This document shows, in pieces, positions 30,947 through 39,833 of a stretch of DNA of 64,000 bases. Origin of the DNA: an uncultured Acidobacteriota bacterium (lineage in GTDB: Bacteria > Acidobacteriota > Vicinamibacteria > Vicinamibacterales > UBA2999); the NCBI GenBank assembly GCA_963818645.1, contig CAWFTF010000011.1, positions 85,597 through 149,596 on the forward strand, in the 5' to 3' direction. The notes beneath the pieces were generated by a model. It saw only the letters and a program-made list of their open reading frames with translations. It was not told the DNA's origin and made no database searches. Position numbers and translations under genes: made by a program. Position 1 is the stretch's first letter, and every line of letters begins with the position of its first letter.

Positions 30947-31909
30947 GTTGAACCGATGCACGCGGCCGAATGCGCTGAACTCTGATACGAACAGATCGCC
31001 GTGCGCGTTGAGCGCTACACCGTGCGGCGAGAGCACGAAACCCTGACGCCACTGCGCCGGCGGGATCTTGTTGGTGCCGGTGCCTTGCTCCGTATTGGCT
31101 CCGATGCGGGTGACCACGGCGCCCGCCTTGTCGAGCACCGTCACGCGACCATTGAGTTCGCCGACGATCGCGTTGTCACCATCAATCACGATTGCGGCTG
31201 GCAGGAGGAGATCTTTCGCCACCACGCCAAGGAACTCTCCGTCGAGTGACATGTGCACGACGCGGTTGTTGGCGCGATCGCACGCGATGATGCGTGCCGG
31301 CTGAAACCGTGTGTCGATCGCCAGCTTGTGCAGTGTGTTGAAGCTATACGGCGCCTGCTTGCCGCCGAACGACGCGATGTACTTGCCGGCCTTGTCGAAC
31401 CGGTGAATGTAGTCGCTTGCGTAACCGTCGGTGACGTAGATGTCGCCATTGGGCGCGACGTCGAGACCCGTGAGCAGCAGCGCGAGCTGATTGCTCCGCG
31501 CGTTCCTCACCTTGTACTGATCCGGAATAGCCGACGAGCCGATCGTCATGACGATGTTGCCTTCGAGCGTCATTTTGACGATCGTCTGTCCGCGCAGCGT
31601 GGCGCCGTACAGGAACTCGCCATCCGCCTGCTTGCGAATTACGAAGCCATGAAAGTCGCTCGGCGCACCAGTCACGTTGCGCAGGAACGCCCCTTCCGGC
31701 GAGAAGACCTGGAGACCCGCGGACGGATCCTGCACGCTGACGTAGACCTCTCCTGTGGAGCTGACAGCCACGTCGCCGTGCTGATTGCCAAGCTGTTCGC
31801 GTCCCTGTGGAAGCTTGAGCCAGTCGGCAGCGACGGTGTAGGTGCTGGCAGCCGTAATCGTCGCCACGAGTGCGGCGGCTGCGAAGAATGCGAGCATCAA
31901 CGGTTTCAT
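30932..31909 (-). CDS. Exported NHL-repeat beta-propeller protein
   Basis: 325 aa with a signal peptide and NHL-like blades (...YVTDGY..., ...CDRANNRVV...). Its start overlaps the upstream stop (ATGA). Confidence 0.7.
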   Translation of the reverse strand: MKPLMLAFFAAAALVATITAASTYTVAADWLKLPQGREQLGNQHGDVAVSSTGEVYVSVQDPSAGLQVFSPEGAFLRNVTGAPSDFHGFVIRKQADGEFLYGATLRGQTIVKMTLEGNIVMTIGSSAIPDQYKVRNARSNQLALLLTGLDVAPNGDIYVTDGYASDYIHRFDKAGKYIASFGGKQAPYSFNTLHKLAIDTRFQPARIIACDRANNRVVHMSLDGEFLGVVAKDLLLPAAIVIDGDNAIVGELNGRVTVLDKAGAVVTRIGANTEQGTGTNKIPPAQWRQGFVLSPHGVALNAHGDLFVSEFSAFGRVHRFNGSKQ

Positions 31910-32649
31910 GGGAGTCGTTCCATTCCTTTGGTCTTGATCACGCCGTTGTTGGCAGGCGACATCAGGAACGCAACGAAGTCTTTCGCTGCCGTTCCCTTGG
32001 CCTTTGGATTGACCCCCGCCGCCATGATCACGAAGGTCTGCACGTCTGCCGGAAATACTCCGCCGAGCTCAGCGCCTTTGACCGGCAGGATTTCGCTAAC
32101 CGGCAGGACCGCCAGATCCGAGGCGCCACTCAGGACGTTGTCGTTGACCTCTTCACCCGACGCCGCAGGCTTCGTCTTGATCGCGTCCGCGATTCCAAGC
32201 TGCTTGGCGGTGGCGAGAAATGCCACACCACTGGCGCCGGCCGATGCGAACGTGATCGACCGTGCCGCAAGCAACGTCTTCTTGAATGCGTCAACGGTAC
32301 TGATGTCAGGCTTGTGCGCGCCTGCCTTGATCATCAGCCCAAGGCCCGTGCGCGCGATGGTCGACTTCGCCGGCACCAGCCCCTTGGCGATCAGATCGTC
32401 GAGCAGCGGCGGCGTCAGGATCGCGACATCGAACGGTTCGCCCTTTTCGATCTGAGCCTTCAGCGCTCCCGCCAGCCCAAACACCATCGTCACCTTGTGC
32501 TTCGTCGCCTTCTCGAACTGCGGCGCGAGTTCGTCCACGACCGCCTTGATGCCGACGGACGAGAGAACACGGATCTCGTCGGCCCAGGACGCCGTGCTGC
32601 GGAGAAGAACCGCCACGATTACAGCCGTTATGAGGCAAGTCTTTTTCAT
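31906..32649 (-). CDS. Periplasmic substrate-binding protein, ModA/PBP2-like
   Basis: 247 aa from ATG 32649, with a signal peptide. ...IRVLSSVGIKAVVDEL...F..............G......I..G...DV... is a molybdate/tungstate-binding-like fold pattern. Confidence 0.65.
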   Translation of the reverse strand: MKKTCLITAVIVAVLLRSTASWADEIRVLSSVGIKAVVDELAPQFEKATKHKVTMVFGLAGALKAQIEKGEPFDVAILTPPLLDDLIAKGLVPAKSTIARTGLGLMIKAGAHKPDISTVDAFKKTLLAARSITFASAGASGVAFLATAKQLGIADAIKTKPAASGEEVNDNVLSGASDLAVLPVSEILPVKGAELGGVFPADVQTFVIMAAGVNPKAKGTAAKDFVAFLMSPANNGVIKTKGMERLP

Positions 32650-32759
32650 CGCGTGACTCCAGATGTGCGACGGATTATATGGGGAAACCGGGCGCTCTCT
32701 CGATGTTAGACTGCGGCCGGCGCCCGCCGATTCAGGTGGTTTTCCGTTGCGAGGTGAAC

Positions 32760-33586
32760 ATGAACCTGCGGCTGTTCTGTGCCGGCGTCTTCGGGATCGT
32801 CGCGCTCGTTTCTGCGTCGGTGTCCGCGCAGTGGCCGCTGTATCCAGCAACGGGTACTCCTCGCACCTCGAGCGGGCGAGTCAGGCTCGATGCGCCAACC
32901 CCGCGCACTCCCGACGGAAAGCCGGATCTCTCCGGTCTCTGGCAGACGATTCGAACCGGCAGCGGGCAGGTGATCGTCGGGACCGACCTTCCGCCACTGC
33001 TTCGTACGAGCCAGTTCTGGAATATCGGTGCGGGGCTTGATGGCGATCTTCCGCTTCAACCGTGGGCCTTCGAGTTGCGGAACCAGCGCATCGCCGATCA
33101 CAGTAAGGACAATCCTGACGCGCACTGCCTGCCGATTGGGCTGACACAACTCCACAATCATCCGCAGCCGCGGAAGATGATTCAGACGCCATCCGTTCTT
33201 CTGATCCTGTACGAAGCCAATGGAGGGATCCGTCAGATCTTCACGGACGGCAGGTCGTTGCCGAGCAACGACCCACAGCCGTGGTGGTACGGGTATCGAT
33301 CGGCAAGTGGGAAGGAGACACGCTCGTTGTTGAGACGTCCGGCTTCAGAGACGACGTGTGGCTCGACGTCAACGGTGCGCCGCTTACCAGTGTCGCCAAG
33401 ATGACCGAGCGCTTCCGCCGGTTGGACTATGGGAGCCTCGAGATCGAAGTCACCGTGGACGACCCAAAGGCGTACACGAAACCATGGACGGCGGCGAAGA
33501 TTCGACAGCGGCTGATGCCCGACGATGAATTGATTGAGTTCGTGTGCGCGGAGAACGAAAGGTCCACGCAGCGTTTCGCGAAGTAA
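32760..33586 (+). pseudogene. Exported hypothetical protein, paralogue of 27000..27890, frameshifted near 33296
   Basis: The N-terminal part is in ORF 32679..33404 and the C-terminal part in ORF 33281..33586. The join ...PQPWWYGY|SIGKWEGDTLVVETSGF... needs one added nt. Confidence 0.6.
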
Positions 33587-33592
33587 GTCTGT

Positions 33593-34456
33593 TCATTGTG
33601 GGACGTCGCCGAACGGACGCCCCTCTTTCAAGAATTTCAGAACGATATCGTTGAAGATCGCCGGTTGTTCCCAGGCGATCGAATGACCGGCATCGGGCAC
33701 CGTTGTCCACTGGGCGCTTTTCACGTGGCGCGCCCAGAGCTTCATGAGTCCTGGTGGTGCGATGAGATCGGCGTCCCCGGCGACGACCAGCGTTCGCGTG
33801 GTGATGGTGGCCAGCTTGGCGTAGGTGTTGGGCGATCGCAGCGGCTGGGTTGGCGCATTGGCCTGTCGCGCGTGTTCCTCGATCGCGAGCCAGCCCTTCG
33901 TCCCATCTGGATTGGTGCCCCGATAGGACGCGCCCACCTCGCGGAAGTGCGCGGGGAGCGATCGGATGCCGGGAATCTCGATCCGCGCGATCACGTCCTG
34001 AACCTCTTTGTCGCTCACGGAGCCGGTGCTGGCAGCGACGACGAGGCTGGCCAACCGTTCGGGATGCGCGGCCGCGTAGTCGAGCGCGACGAATCCTCCC
34101 CCGGCGACGCCGAGGAGATGGAATCGCCCGAGCGCGAGGTGGTCGGCGAGTGCATGAAGATCGTCGGCGGCATGACCAGGCTGCGGTCCGCTCGCCGGGT
34201 CCGCCAGGCTCCGCCCCCATCCTCGACGATCGAACGCGATCACACGATAGCCGGCTTGCGCGAATGCCGAGATCTGCGATGCCCAGCTCTCGCTGGTCCC
34301 TGTAATCGCGTGCATCAGGACGATGGGCTCACCGCTGCCGCCCGTGTCGGTGAACCAGAGTTGCACGCCTGGCAGCGGTGCGCGCTCGCTGCGTGGAACG
34401 GGCGCACCTCGCGGCGCCGGTTGTCGGGCCCCGGCGGAGACGACGCAGGTCGCCAC
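33593..34456 (-). CDS. Alpha/beta-hydrolase-fold protein with Ala at the nucleophile position
   Basis: ...IVLMHAITG..., ...AFDRRGWGRS..., then the elbow reads GVAGGG instead of GxSxG. The start is uncertain: signal-peptide-like residues lie upstream of GTG 34456 without an in-frame start. Confidence 0.65.
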   Translation of the reverse strand: MATCVVSAGARQPAPRGAPVPRSERAPLPGVQLWFTDTGGSGEPIVLMHAITGTSESWASQISAFAQAGYRVIAFDRRGWGRSLADPASGPQPGHAADDLHALADHLALGRFHLLGVAGGGFVALDYAAAHPERLASLVVAASTGSVSDKEVQDVIARIEIPGIRSLPAHFREVGASYRGTNPDGTKGWLAIEEHARQANAPTQPLRSPNTYAKLATITTRTLVVAGDADLIAPPGLMKLWARHVKSAQWTTVPDAGHSIAWEQPAIFNDIVLKFLKEGRPFGDVPQ

Positions 34457-34569
34457 GATGGCAACGGCCGCGACAGATCCTCGAGACGTGCGAGATCAGC
34501 GCTTGCCTCCCAGGATCTCGATACGCTCCACGAGGTCTTCATACAGAACCCTCATGAAGCGCCGTGTCT

Positions 34570-34757
34570 CTTCGTCGCCCGCACGGATTTCCTGGCGGAG
34601 CGTCTCGACGACGTGTTCGTCGCCGGCACGGATCTCCTGGCGGAACGTCGACGACGTGTTCGTCGCCCGACAGCGGATTACGAGCGCGTCGTGCGGAGCG
34701 TCTGGACGACGTGTTCGTCGCCAGCACGGATTTCCTCGCGAAGCGTCTGGATGACGC
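34570..34757. repeat. Four tandem copies of a 45-nt coding repeat (units of 45, 43, 55 and 45 nt)
   Basis: The units start at 34570, 34615, 34658 and 34713. On the minus strand each encodes HVV(E/Q)TLR(Q/E)EIRAGDE. Confidence 0.8.
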
Positions 34758-34929
34758 GCTCGTCACCCTCGCGCGCTTCGATGCGCGTTGCAGAAAACTC
34801 AGCGCGCATTTCACCACGGAGTTCGACGATCTGCACTTCGAGCGCGGTGACGCGATCGGGTAACTGCTCGAGAATCTCGACTCCCCGTTCCAGCATATTC
34901 ACGCGTTCTTCGAGCGATTTCTCCGCCAT
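34678..34929 (-). CDS. Small coiled-coil repeat protein, probably truncated (remnant continues to 34495)
   Basis: 83-aa ORF with RBS GGGAGGAAACG. Heptad-like LEERVNMLERGVEILEQLPDRVTALEVQIVELRGEMRAEF is followed by the 15-aa repeats. The stop lies inside the aberrant 55-nt unit. A frame-shifted continuation ends ...EETRRFMRVLYEDLVERIEILGGKR* at 34495. Confidence 0.5.
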   Translation of the reverse strand: MAEKSLEERVNMLERGVEILEQLPDRVTALEVQIVELRGEMRAEFSATRIEAREGDERVIQTLREEIRAGDEHVVQTLRTTRS

Positions 34930-35049
34930 CGTTTCCTCCCGGGCTCGAGACGGCCGAGCAGCGGCGGCTCAATGCCCGGGAGCTCCTGTGCGAGGGTCGT
35001 ACCGCTGCTCAGGAGCTTGAAGGACGACGACGATAGCATCGTCAGCGAG

Positions 35050-36375
35050 CTATCGACCAGTCCAATTTCGACTCAGGGATTTGCGATCGATGTGACGGCC
35101 ACGCAGGTACACATCCGCGATGCGCCTGGTGTTCGTGATCTCGTCGAGCGGGTTGGCATCGAGGACGATGAAGTCGGCGCTCTTGCCACTGGCGATCGTT
35201 CCGAGCAGATCGAGCTTGAGGATTTCTGCTGATGTGCGCGTTGCGGCAACGACGACCTGCATCGGCGTCATGCCCGCGGTGACCATGTCAGCAATCTCTG
35301 CATGTGCGGACCAACCGTATGGCGCGCCGATACCCGCGTCGGTTCCAAACGCAATGCGAACGCCAGCAGCCACGAGCTTCTTCAGGCTGCGCGCCTGGAC
35401 GTCGAACAACCGTGGTCTCGCGAGGTTTGTCGCAGCGGTTCGCTTCAACGCCTCGATCTGTGACGGTGGCAGCGTCTCACTCAGCCACGGCAGATCCGGG
35501 CCGAATGGCGGCGTGTCCGGCAGGTTCGGGATCACGAAGACCTGCGGACGTGCCTTGAAGAGACCCATGATCTCGTCGTCCACTTCGAGATCGCGGATTC
35601 CGTGCGCGAAACCGTCGATACCCGCGCGCAGGAGCTCCTTCGCGTCGGCAAGGTAATAGACGTGTGCGATCACGCGCAGCCCGAGTGTGTGGGCTTCCTC
35701 GATGATCGGACGATAGAGCGACGGCGGCAGCGGCGTGACCGTCTTGTTTCTGTCGTCCACCCAGATCTTCACGAAGTCGACTTTCTTCGCAGCAAGCTCG
35801 CGGACAGCCTGACGGCCCTCGCTCTCGGTCGTGATCCCGTACGGGGCATCCCGCCAGTACAACGCGTTGGGGCCCGCGTTTGGCATCGCGATGCCACGGC
35901 CTGCGGTGCGGAAGAGCGCGGTGCCATCCACCGGCATGGCGCGGAGTTCGTACGGCAGTTCGCCGCGGTCCAGCCCCATGCTCAGCGTCGCCGCGATGCC
36001 GTAGTAGGCGTAGCGGCGAAGATGGTCGAGCAGATTGTCGCGCGTGTAGTGAGCGGAGGAGGTGTCGCCGGTTCGCGCGTCGGTGTAACCGAGATGGCTG
36101 TGCGCGTCGATGAGGGCCGGCATCACCGTCTTCCCCGTCAGATCGACAACCGTTGCGCCGTCTGGCTTGCGCACTGAACCGCGCGTGCCCACCTGTGTGA
36201 TACGAGCGCCCTCGACGACGAACGCGGAGTTCTCGACCGCAGGCCGGCCGTCGCCGGCGATCAGGCGCGCGCCTTCGAACAGCATCGTGCCCGTTGCCGC
36301 AGCCGGTGTTTGTGCCGCGACGGGCAAAAGGGCGATTCCTGCAAGGAGCAGTGCGCACGTCAGGCGTGTCATCAT
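35050..36375 (-). CDS. Exported metal-dependent amidohydrolase
   Basis: 441 aa with a signal peptide, the metal-binding HxH motif PALIDAHSH, and later H and D residues of the amidohydrolase superfamily. Confidence 0.8.
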   Translation of the reverse strand: MMTRLTCALLLAGIALLPVAAQTPAAATGTMLFEGARLIAGDGRPAVENSAFVVEGARITQVGTRGSVRKPDGATVVDLTGKTVMPALIDAHSHLGYTDARTGDTSSAHYTRDNLLDHLRRYAYYGIAATLSMGLDRGELPYELRAMPVDGTALFRTAGRGIAMPNAGPNALYWRDAPYGITTESEGRQAVRELAAKKVDFVKIWVDDRNKTVTPLPPSLYRPIIEEAHTLGLRVIAHVYYLADAKELLRAGIDGFAHGIRDLEVDDEIMGLFKARPQVFVIPNLPDTPPFGPDLPWLSETLPPSQIEALKRTAATNLARPRLFDVQARSLKKLVAAGVRIAFGTDAGIGAPYGWSAHAEIADMVTAGMTPMQVVVAATRTSAEILKLDLLGTIASGKSADFIVLDANPLDEITNTRRIADVYLRGRHIDRKSLSRNWTGR

Positions 36376-36388
36376 TCCCTCCGGGAAT

Positions 36389-36456
36389 GCACGAAGATCA
36401 CGAAGATCACGGAGACCACGAAGAAACGAAGGATACGGGTATCTTCGTGATCGTGC
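36389..36456. repeat. CACGAAGAT nonamer run closed by its complement
   Basis: GCACGAAGATCACGAAGATCACGGAGACCACGAAGAAACGAAGGATA-CGGG-TATCTTCGTGATCGTGC. It lies in the divergent region between the starts at 36375 and 36473. Confidence 0.7.
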
Positions 36457-36472
36457 AATGTTGGGAGGTTGA

Positions 36473-37432
36473 GTGAGTGATCTCGGAATGAACGAGCGCG
36501 CGTGGACGCTCGCCGATCGATACGTTGCGCGAGCCTACGACCTGCGCATGGGCGTGCGCACGCTCTCGTCGGGTGCTCGCGTCATCGACGCCGGCGTTGA
36601 AGTTCCTGGCGGGCTCGAAGCCGGGTTGATGCTCGCCGAGTTGTGCATGGGTGGGCTCGGCCACGTGTCTTACGCTCCGATCGTCTTCGCGGGCGAGAGT
36701 TGGACGGGCGTGCAGGTGTGGACGGATCATCCGGCGGCGTCGTGCATGGCATCGCAGTATGCAGGCTGGGCGATCAATCCCGACGGATTCTTTGCGATGG
36801 GCTCGGGTCCGCTTCGCGCCAAAGCACGAGTCGAAAAAGAACTGTTCGAAAAGCTTGGATATGCGGAGCAGGCGTCGCGCGGGGTGCTGGTGCTCGAAGG
36901 GCGTGCGCTGCCGACTGACGACGTCGCGGCGTGGGTCGCGAAGAAAGCGGATGTCACACCGCACGCCATTACGTTCGCCGTCGCGCCGACGGCGAGCCTG
37001 GCGGGCGGTGTTCAGATCGTCGCGCGCTCGATCGAAACCGGACTGCACAAGATGGACACGCTCGGTTTTGACGTCGCGAGAGTCGTGAGCGCAATCGGCA
37101 CCGCGCCGCTCCCGCCGATCGCGAAGAACGACCTCCGCGCGATCGGACGGACGAACGACTGCGTGCTGTACGGCGGACAGGTGCGCTACGCGGTTATCGG
37201 CGATGACGATGAACTGGCGCAGCTGACCGAGCGATTACCCTCGTCCACATCAGCCGACTACGGCACGCCGTTTTACGACATCTTCAAGCGCTACAACAAC
37301 GACTTCTATAAGATCGATCCGATGCTGTTCAGTCCGGCAGAGGTGTGGCTGACCAGCGTGCAAAGCGGGCGCACGTTTCACGCGGGACGGACGGACGTCG
37401 ACGTGCTGCGGGCGTCGCTCTTCGGAGGCTGA
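36473..37432 (+). CDS. mch: Methenyl-tetrahydromethanopterin cyclohydrolase
   Basis: 319 aa. ...GLEAGL.LAE.CMGGLG.V......................HP..ACMASQYAGW... matches Mch. GGGAGG precedes GTG 36473. Confidence 0.85.
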   Translation: MSDLGMNERAWTLADRYVARAYDLRMGVRTLSSGARVIDAGVEVPGGLEAGLMLAELCMGGLGHVSYAPIVFAGESWTGVQVWTDHPAASCMASQYAGWAINPDGFFAMGSGPLRAKARVEKELFEKLGYAEQASRGVLVLEGRALPTDDVAAWVAKKADVTPHAITFAVAPTASLAGGVQIVARSIETGLHKMDTLGFDVARVVSAIGTAPLPPIAKNDLRAIGRTNDCVLYGGQVRYAVIGDDDELAQLTERLPSSTSADYGTPFYDIFKRYNNDFYKIDPMLFSPAEVWLTSVQSGRTFHAGRTDVDVLRASLFGG

Positions 37433-37434
37433 AG

Positions 37435-38346
37435 ATGCGCGTCGTGATCCTGAGCGCGCGCACCGGCTGGCATACCGACGAACTGATTCGCGCCCTGACC
37501 GCGCGCGGCCACCTCGCTGCGGTCCTGCCGTACGAAGGTCTCATCGCTCGTGTCGGAGTAGAGGCGGGTCTGACGAGCGAACAGATTTCCATCCTCGACG
37601 CCGACGCCGTTCTCGCGCGCATCATCCCGGGCGGCTCGCTCGAACAGTTGATCTACCGCGTCGACGCGCTGCACTGGCTGGAGAATCGTGGCCTGCGTGT
37701 CGTCAATTCGCCGCGCGCGATCGAACGATCGGTTGACAAGTTCTATACGACGACGCTCTTGCACGACGCGGGCCTGCTCGTGCCAGAGACCGTTGTCTGC
37801 GAGCGTGTGGAAGACGCAATGGCCGCCGTCCGCTCCATGGGCGACGTGGTCATCAAGCCGATCTTCGGATCGCTTGGCCATGGAATGGTGAGGGTCAGCG
37901 ATCCGGACGTGGCACTGCGTGTCGTGCGCGCGCTGGATCAGATTCGTTCGGTGTTCTACGTGCAGCGCGCCATCGATCACAGCGGCCGGGATCTGCGAGT
38001 GTTTGTCGTCGGTGGTCGCGTGCTCGGAGCGATCGAGCGGCGAGCTCCGGCAGGTGAGTGGCGGACCAACGTCGCGATCGGCGGCTCTGCGACGGCCGTG
38101 GACATTTCCCCTGAGGTCGAGCGGGTGGCGCTCCGTGCTGCTGCGGCTGTCGGAGCTGACTACGCAGGAGTCGATGTGTTGCCCGCCCGCGATGGAGCGC
38201 TCTACGTGCTCGAGGTGAATGGCATCCCTGGATGGGAGGGGCTACAGCAGGCGACAGGTCTCGACGTTGCCGCAGCCATCGTCGAGCATCTCGAGCGTGT
38301 TCGGCAGCCGATCTCGCACCATCCGCAGGAGAGCTTGCCGGTATGA
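37435..38346 (+). CDS. RimK-type ATP-grasp ligase (MptN-like, H4MPT:glutamate ligase candidate)
   Basis: 303 aa. ...VVIKPIFGSLGHGMVRV..., ...EVNGIPGWEGLQ... are RimK-family features. The start lies 2 nt after the mch stop, with GGAGG inside the mch 3' end. Confidence 0.75.
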   Translation: MRVVILSARTGWHTDELIRALTARGHLAAVLPYEGLIARVGVEAGLTSEQISILDADAVLARIIPGGSLEQLIYRVDALHWLENRGLRVVNSPRAIERSVDKFYTTTLLHDAGLLVPETVVCERVEDAMAAVRSMGDVVIKPIFGSLGHGMVRVSDPDVALRVVRALDQIRSVFYVQRAIDHSGRDLRVFVVGGRVLGAIERRAPAGEWRTNVAIGGSATAVDISPEVERVALRAAAAVGADYAGVDVLPARDGALYVLEVNGIPGWEGLQQATGLDVAAAIVEHLERVRQPISHHPQESLPV

Positions 38347-39239
38347 GCGGCGTCTACCGCGAACTTGCCGAGGCGCTCCTTGCAGTCGATCGAGATCATC
38401 GGCCCCTCAACATGGGTGTCGCCGCGCAGTTGGCGTGTCTCCTCGAAGTGAGCGCGCCGAAGCCGGGCAACGTTTCGCCCGGTCGTCATTTTGCCGATCT
38501 GCGATATGAAGATTTCCTGGCGAGCGCGCTCGCCATCGGTGAGCCGCTGGCACGCGCAGGCGAGTGCAGCGTCGGTTCAACGATCAGGCTGGCGATCGAA
38601 GCCACGGCAAAGCTGACACGCTCGAACACCAATCTGGGTATCGTGCTCCTGTTCGCGCCGCTGGCTCGAGCCGCGTCTCTTCCGGGAGAGAACCTGCAGA
38701 GCGCCGTGAAGAGAGTGCTCGACGCAACCACGGTCGATGATGCGCGGGAGACATACGCGGCGATCCGGTTGGCGCGACCGGGCGGACTGGATCGCGCTGA
38801 ATCACAGGACGTGTTCACGGAGCCGACCATGACGCTGGTCGAGGTGATGCGGCTGGCGGCGCACCGGGACACGATCGCATCCGAGTACGCCACCGGGTTC
38901 GATGTGACGTTCGGAATGGGTGTGCCGGCGCTCGAACGGGCGCGCCGCGATGGCCTTGCGTGGGACGATGCGGTTGTGGAGACGTTTCTGACGCTGCTCG
39001 CGGAGATTCCGGATACGCATATCGCGCGTCGCAGTGGCGCTGGTCTCGCCTCGGACGTGACGGCGCGTGCCCGTCATGTGCTTGCGGCGGGTGGCGTTCG
39101 ATCCCAGAGTGGGCGGCGGGCGATCGACGACCTGGATCGCGGGCTGCGCGACGCGCGCAACAGCGGCAACCCCGGAACGACGGCGGACCTGACGGCGGCG
39201 GCGATTTTCGTCGTCTTGCTCGGCGGTGGATTTGCGTAG
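38343..39239 (+). CDS. Triphosphoribosyl-dephospho-CoA synthase (CitG/MdcB)-like protein of H4MPT gene islands
   Basis: 298 aa. ...LEVSAPKPGNVS... and ...TNLGIVLL..PLA.A are CitG-family patterns. Its ATG overlaps the previous stop (ATGA). Confidence 0.7.
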   Translation: MSGVYRELAEALLAVDRDHRPLNMGVAAQLACLLEVSAPKPGNVSPGRHFADLRYEDFLASALAIGEPLARAGECSVGSTIRLAIEATAKLTRSNTNLGIVLLFAPLARAASLPGENLQSAVKRVLDATTVDDARETYAAIRLARPGGLDRAESQDVFTEPTMTLVEVMRLAAHRDTIASEYATGFDVTFGMGVPALERARRDGLAWDDAVVETFLTLLAEIPDTHIARRSGAGLASDVTARARHVLAAGGVRSQSGRRAIDDLDRGLRDARNSGNPGTTADLTAAAIFVVLLGGGFA

Positions 39240-39282
39240 ACCTGCGTCATGGAGGATCGCGTAGTGCATTTCGGAGGGACAC

Positions 39283-39783
39283 ATGCCGCGGAGTGAGTTC
39301 CGCGTCTCGGTCACCAAGGACTACCTGGTGTTCGCGTCGGCGCACTTCATCACCTTTGCCGGTCACCGGTGCGAAGGCCTGCACGGGCACAACTATCGTG
39401 CGCGTGTGACGGTCGAGGGCGCACTCAATAAGGAGGCCTGGTTCGTCTTCGACTTCGTCGAGCTGAAACGGATCATGAAGCGGCTGTGCGACGAGATCGA
39501 TCATCTTGTCCTGCTTCCGCTCAAGAGCGATCGCGTCCGGGTGGTCGAAGACGGGGAAACGGTGTCGGTCTCGGTGGACGGTAAACCCCGATACGTCTTC
39601 CCGCGTAAAGACTGTGCGCTCCTGCCCATTCCGAACACGACGGTTGAAATGCTGGCGCAACTCCTGACCGAACGTCTGCAGCACGAGTTGCAGACGATGG
39701 GAGCTCAGGACCTGAGCGCGATCGAGATGGAAGTCGAGGAGAACTTCGGGCAATCGGCTGTCTATCGGGTGACACTGCCGTGA
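39283..39783 (+). CDS. 6-pyruvoyl-tetrahydropterin synthase (PTPS/QueD)-like protein
   Basis: 166 aa. ...FASAHFI.......CE.LHGHNY...V.V.G...... is the PTPS signature. RBS GGAGGG. Confidence 0.8.
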   Translation: MPRSEFRVSVTKDYLVFASAHFITFAGHRCEGLHGHNYRARVTVEGALNKEAWFVFDFVELKRIMKRLCDEIDHLVLLPLKSDRVRVVEDGETVSVSVDGKPRYVFPRKDCALLPIPNTTVEMLAQLLTERLQHELQTMGAQDLSAIEMEVEENFGQSAVYRVTLP

Positions 39784-39789
39784 TGAGAC

Positions 39790-39815
39790 GCCGGGTCTGA
39801 AGGGCAAGACCCGGC
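39790..39815 (+). terminator. GC hairpin without T-tract
   Basis: GCCGGGTCT-GAAGGGCA-AGACCCGGC, a perfect 9-bp stem lying 7 nt after the PTPS-like stop. Confidence 0.4.
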
Positions 39816-39833
39816 CCACGCTGAAGGAGACAT

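Noticed and set aside
33596-35020. 474-aa plus-strand ORF
   Set aside because: It is antisense to the alpha/beta hydrolase and the coiled-coil repeat gene. No protein-like features.
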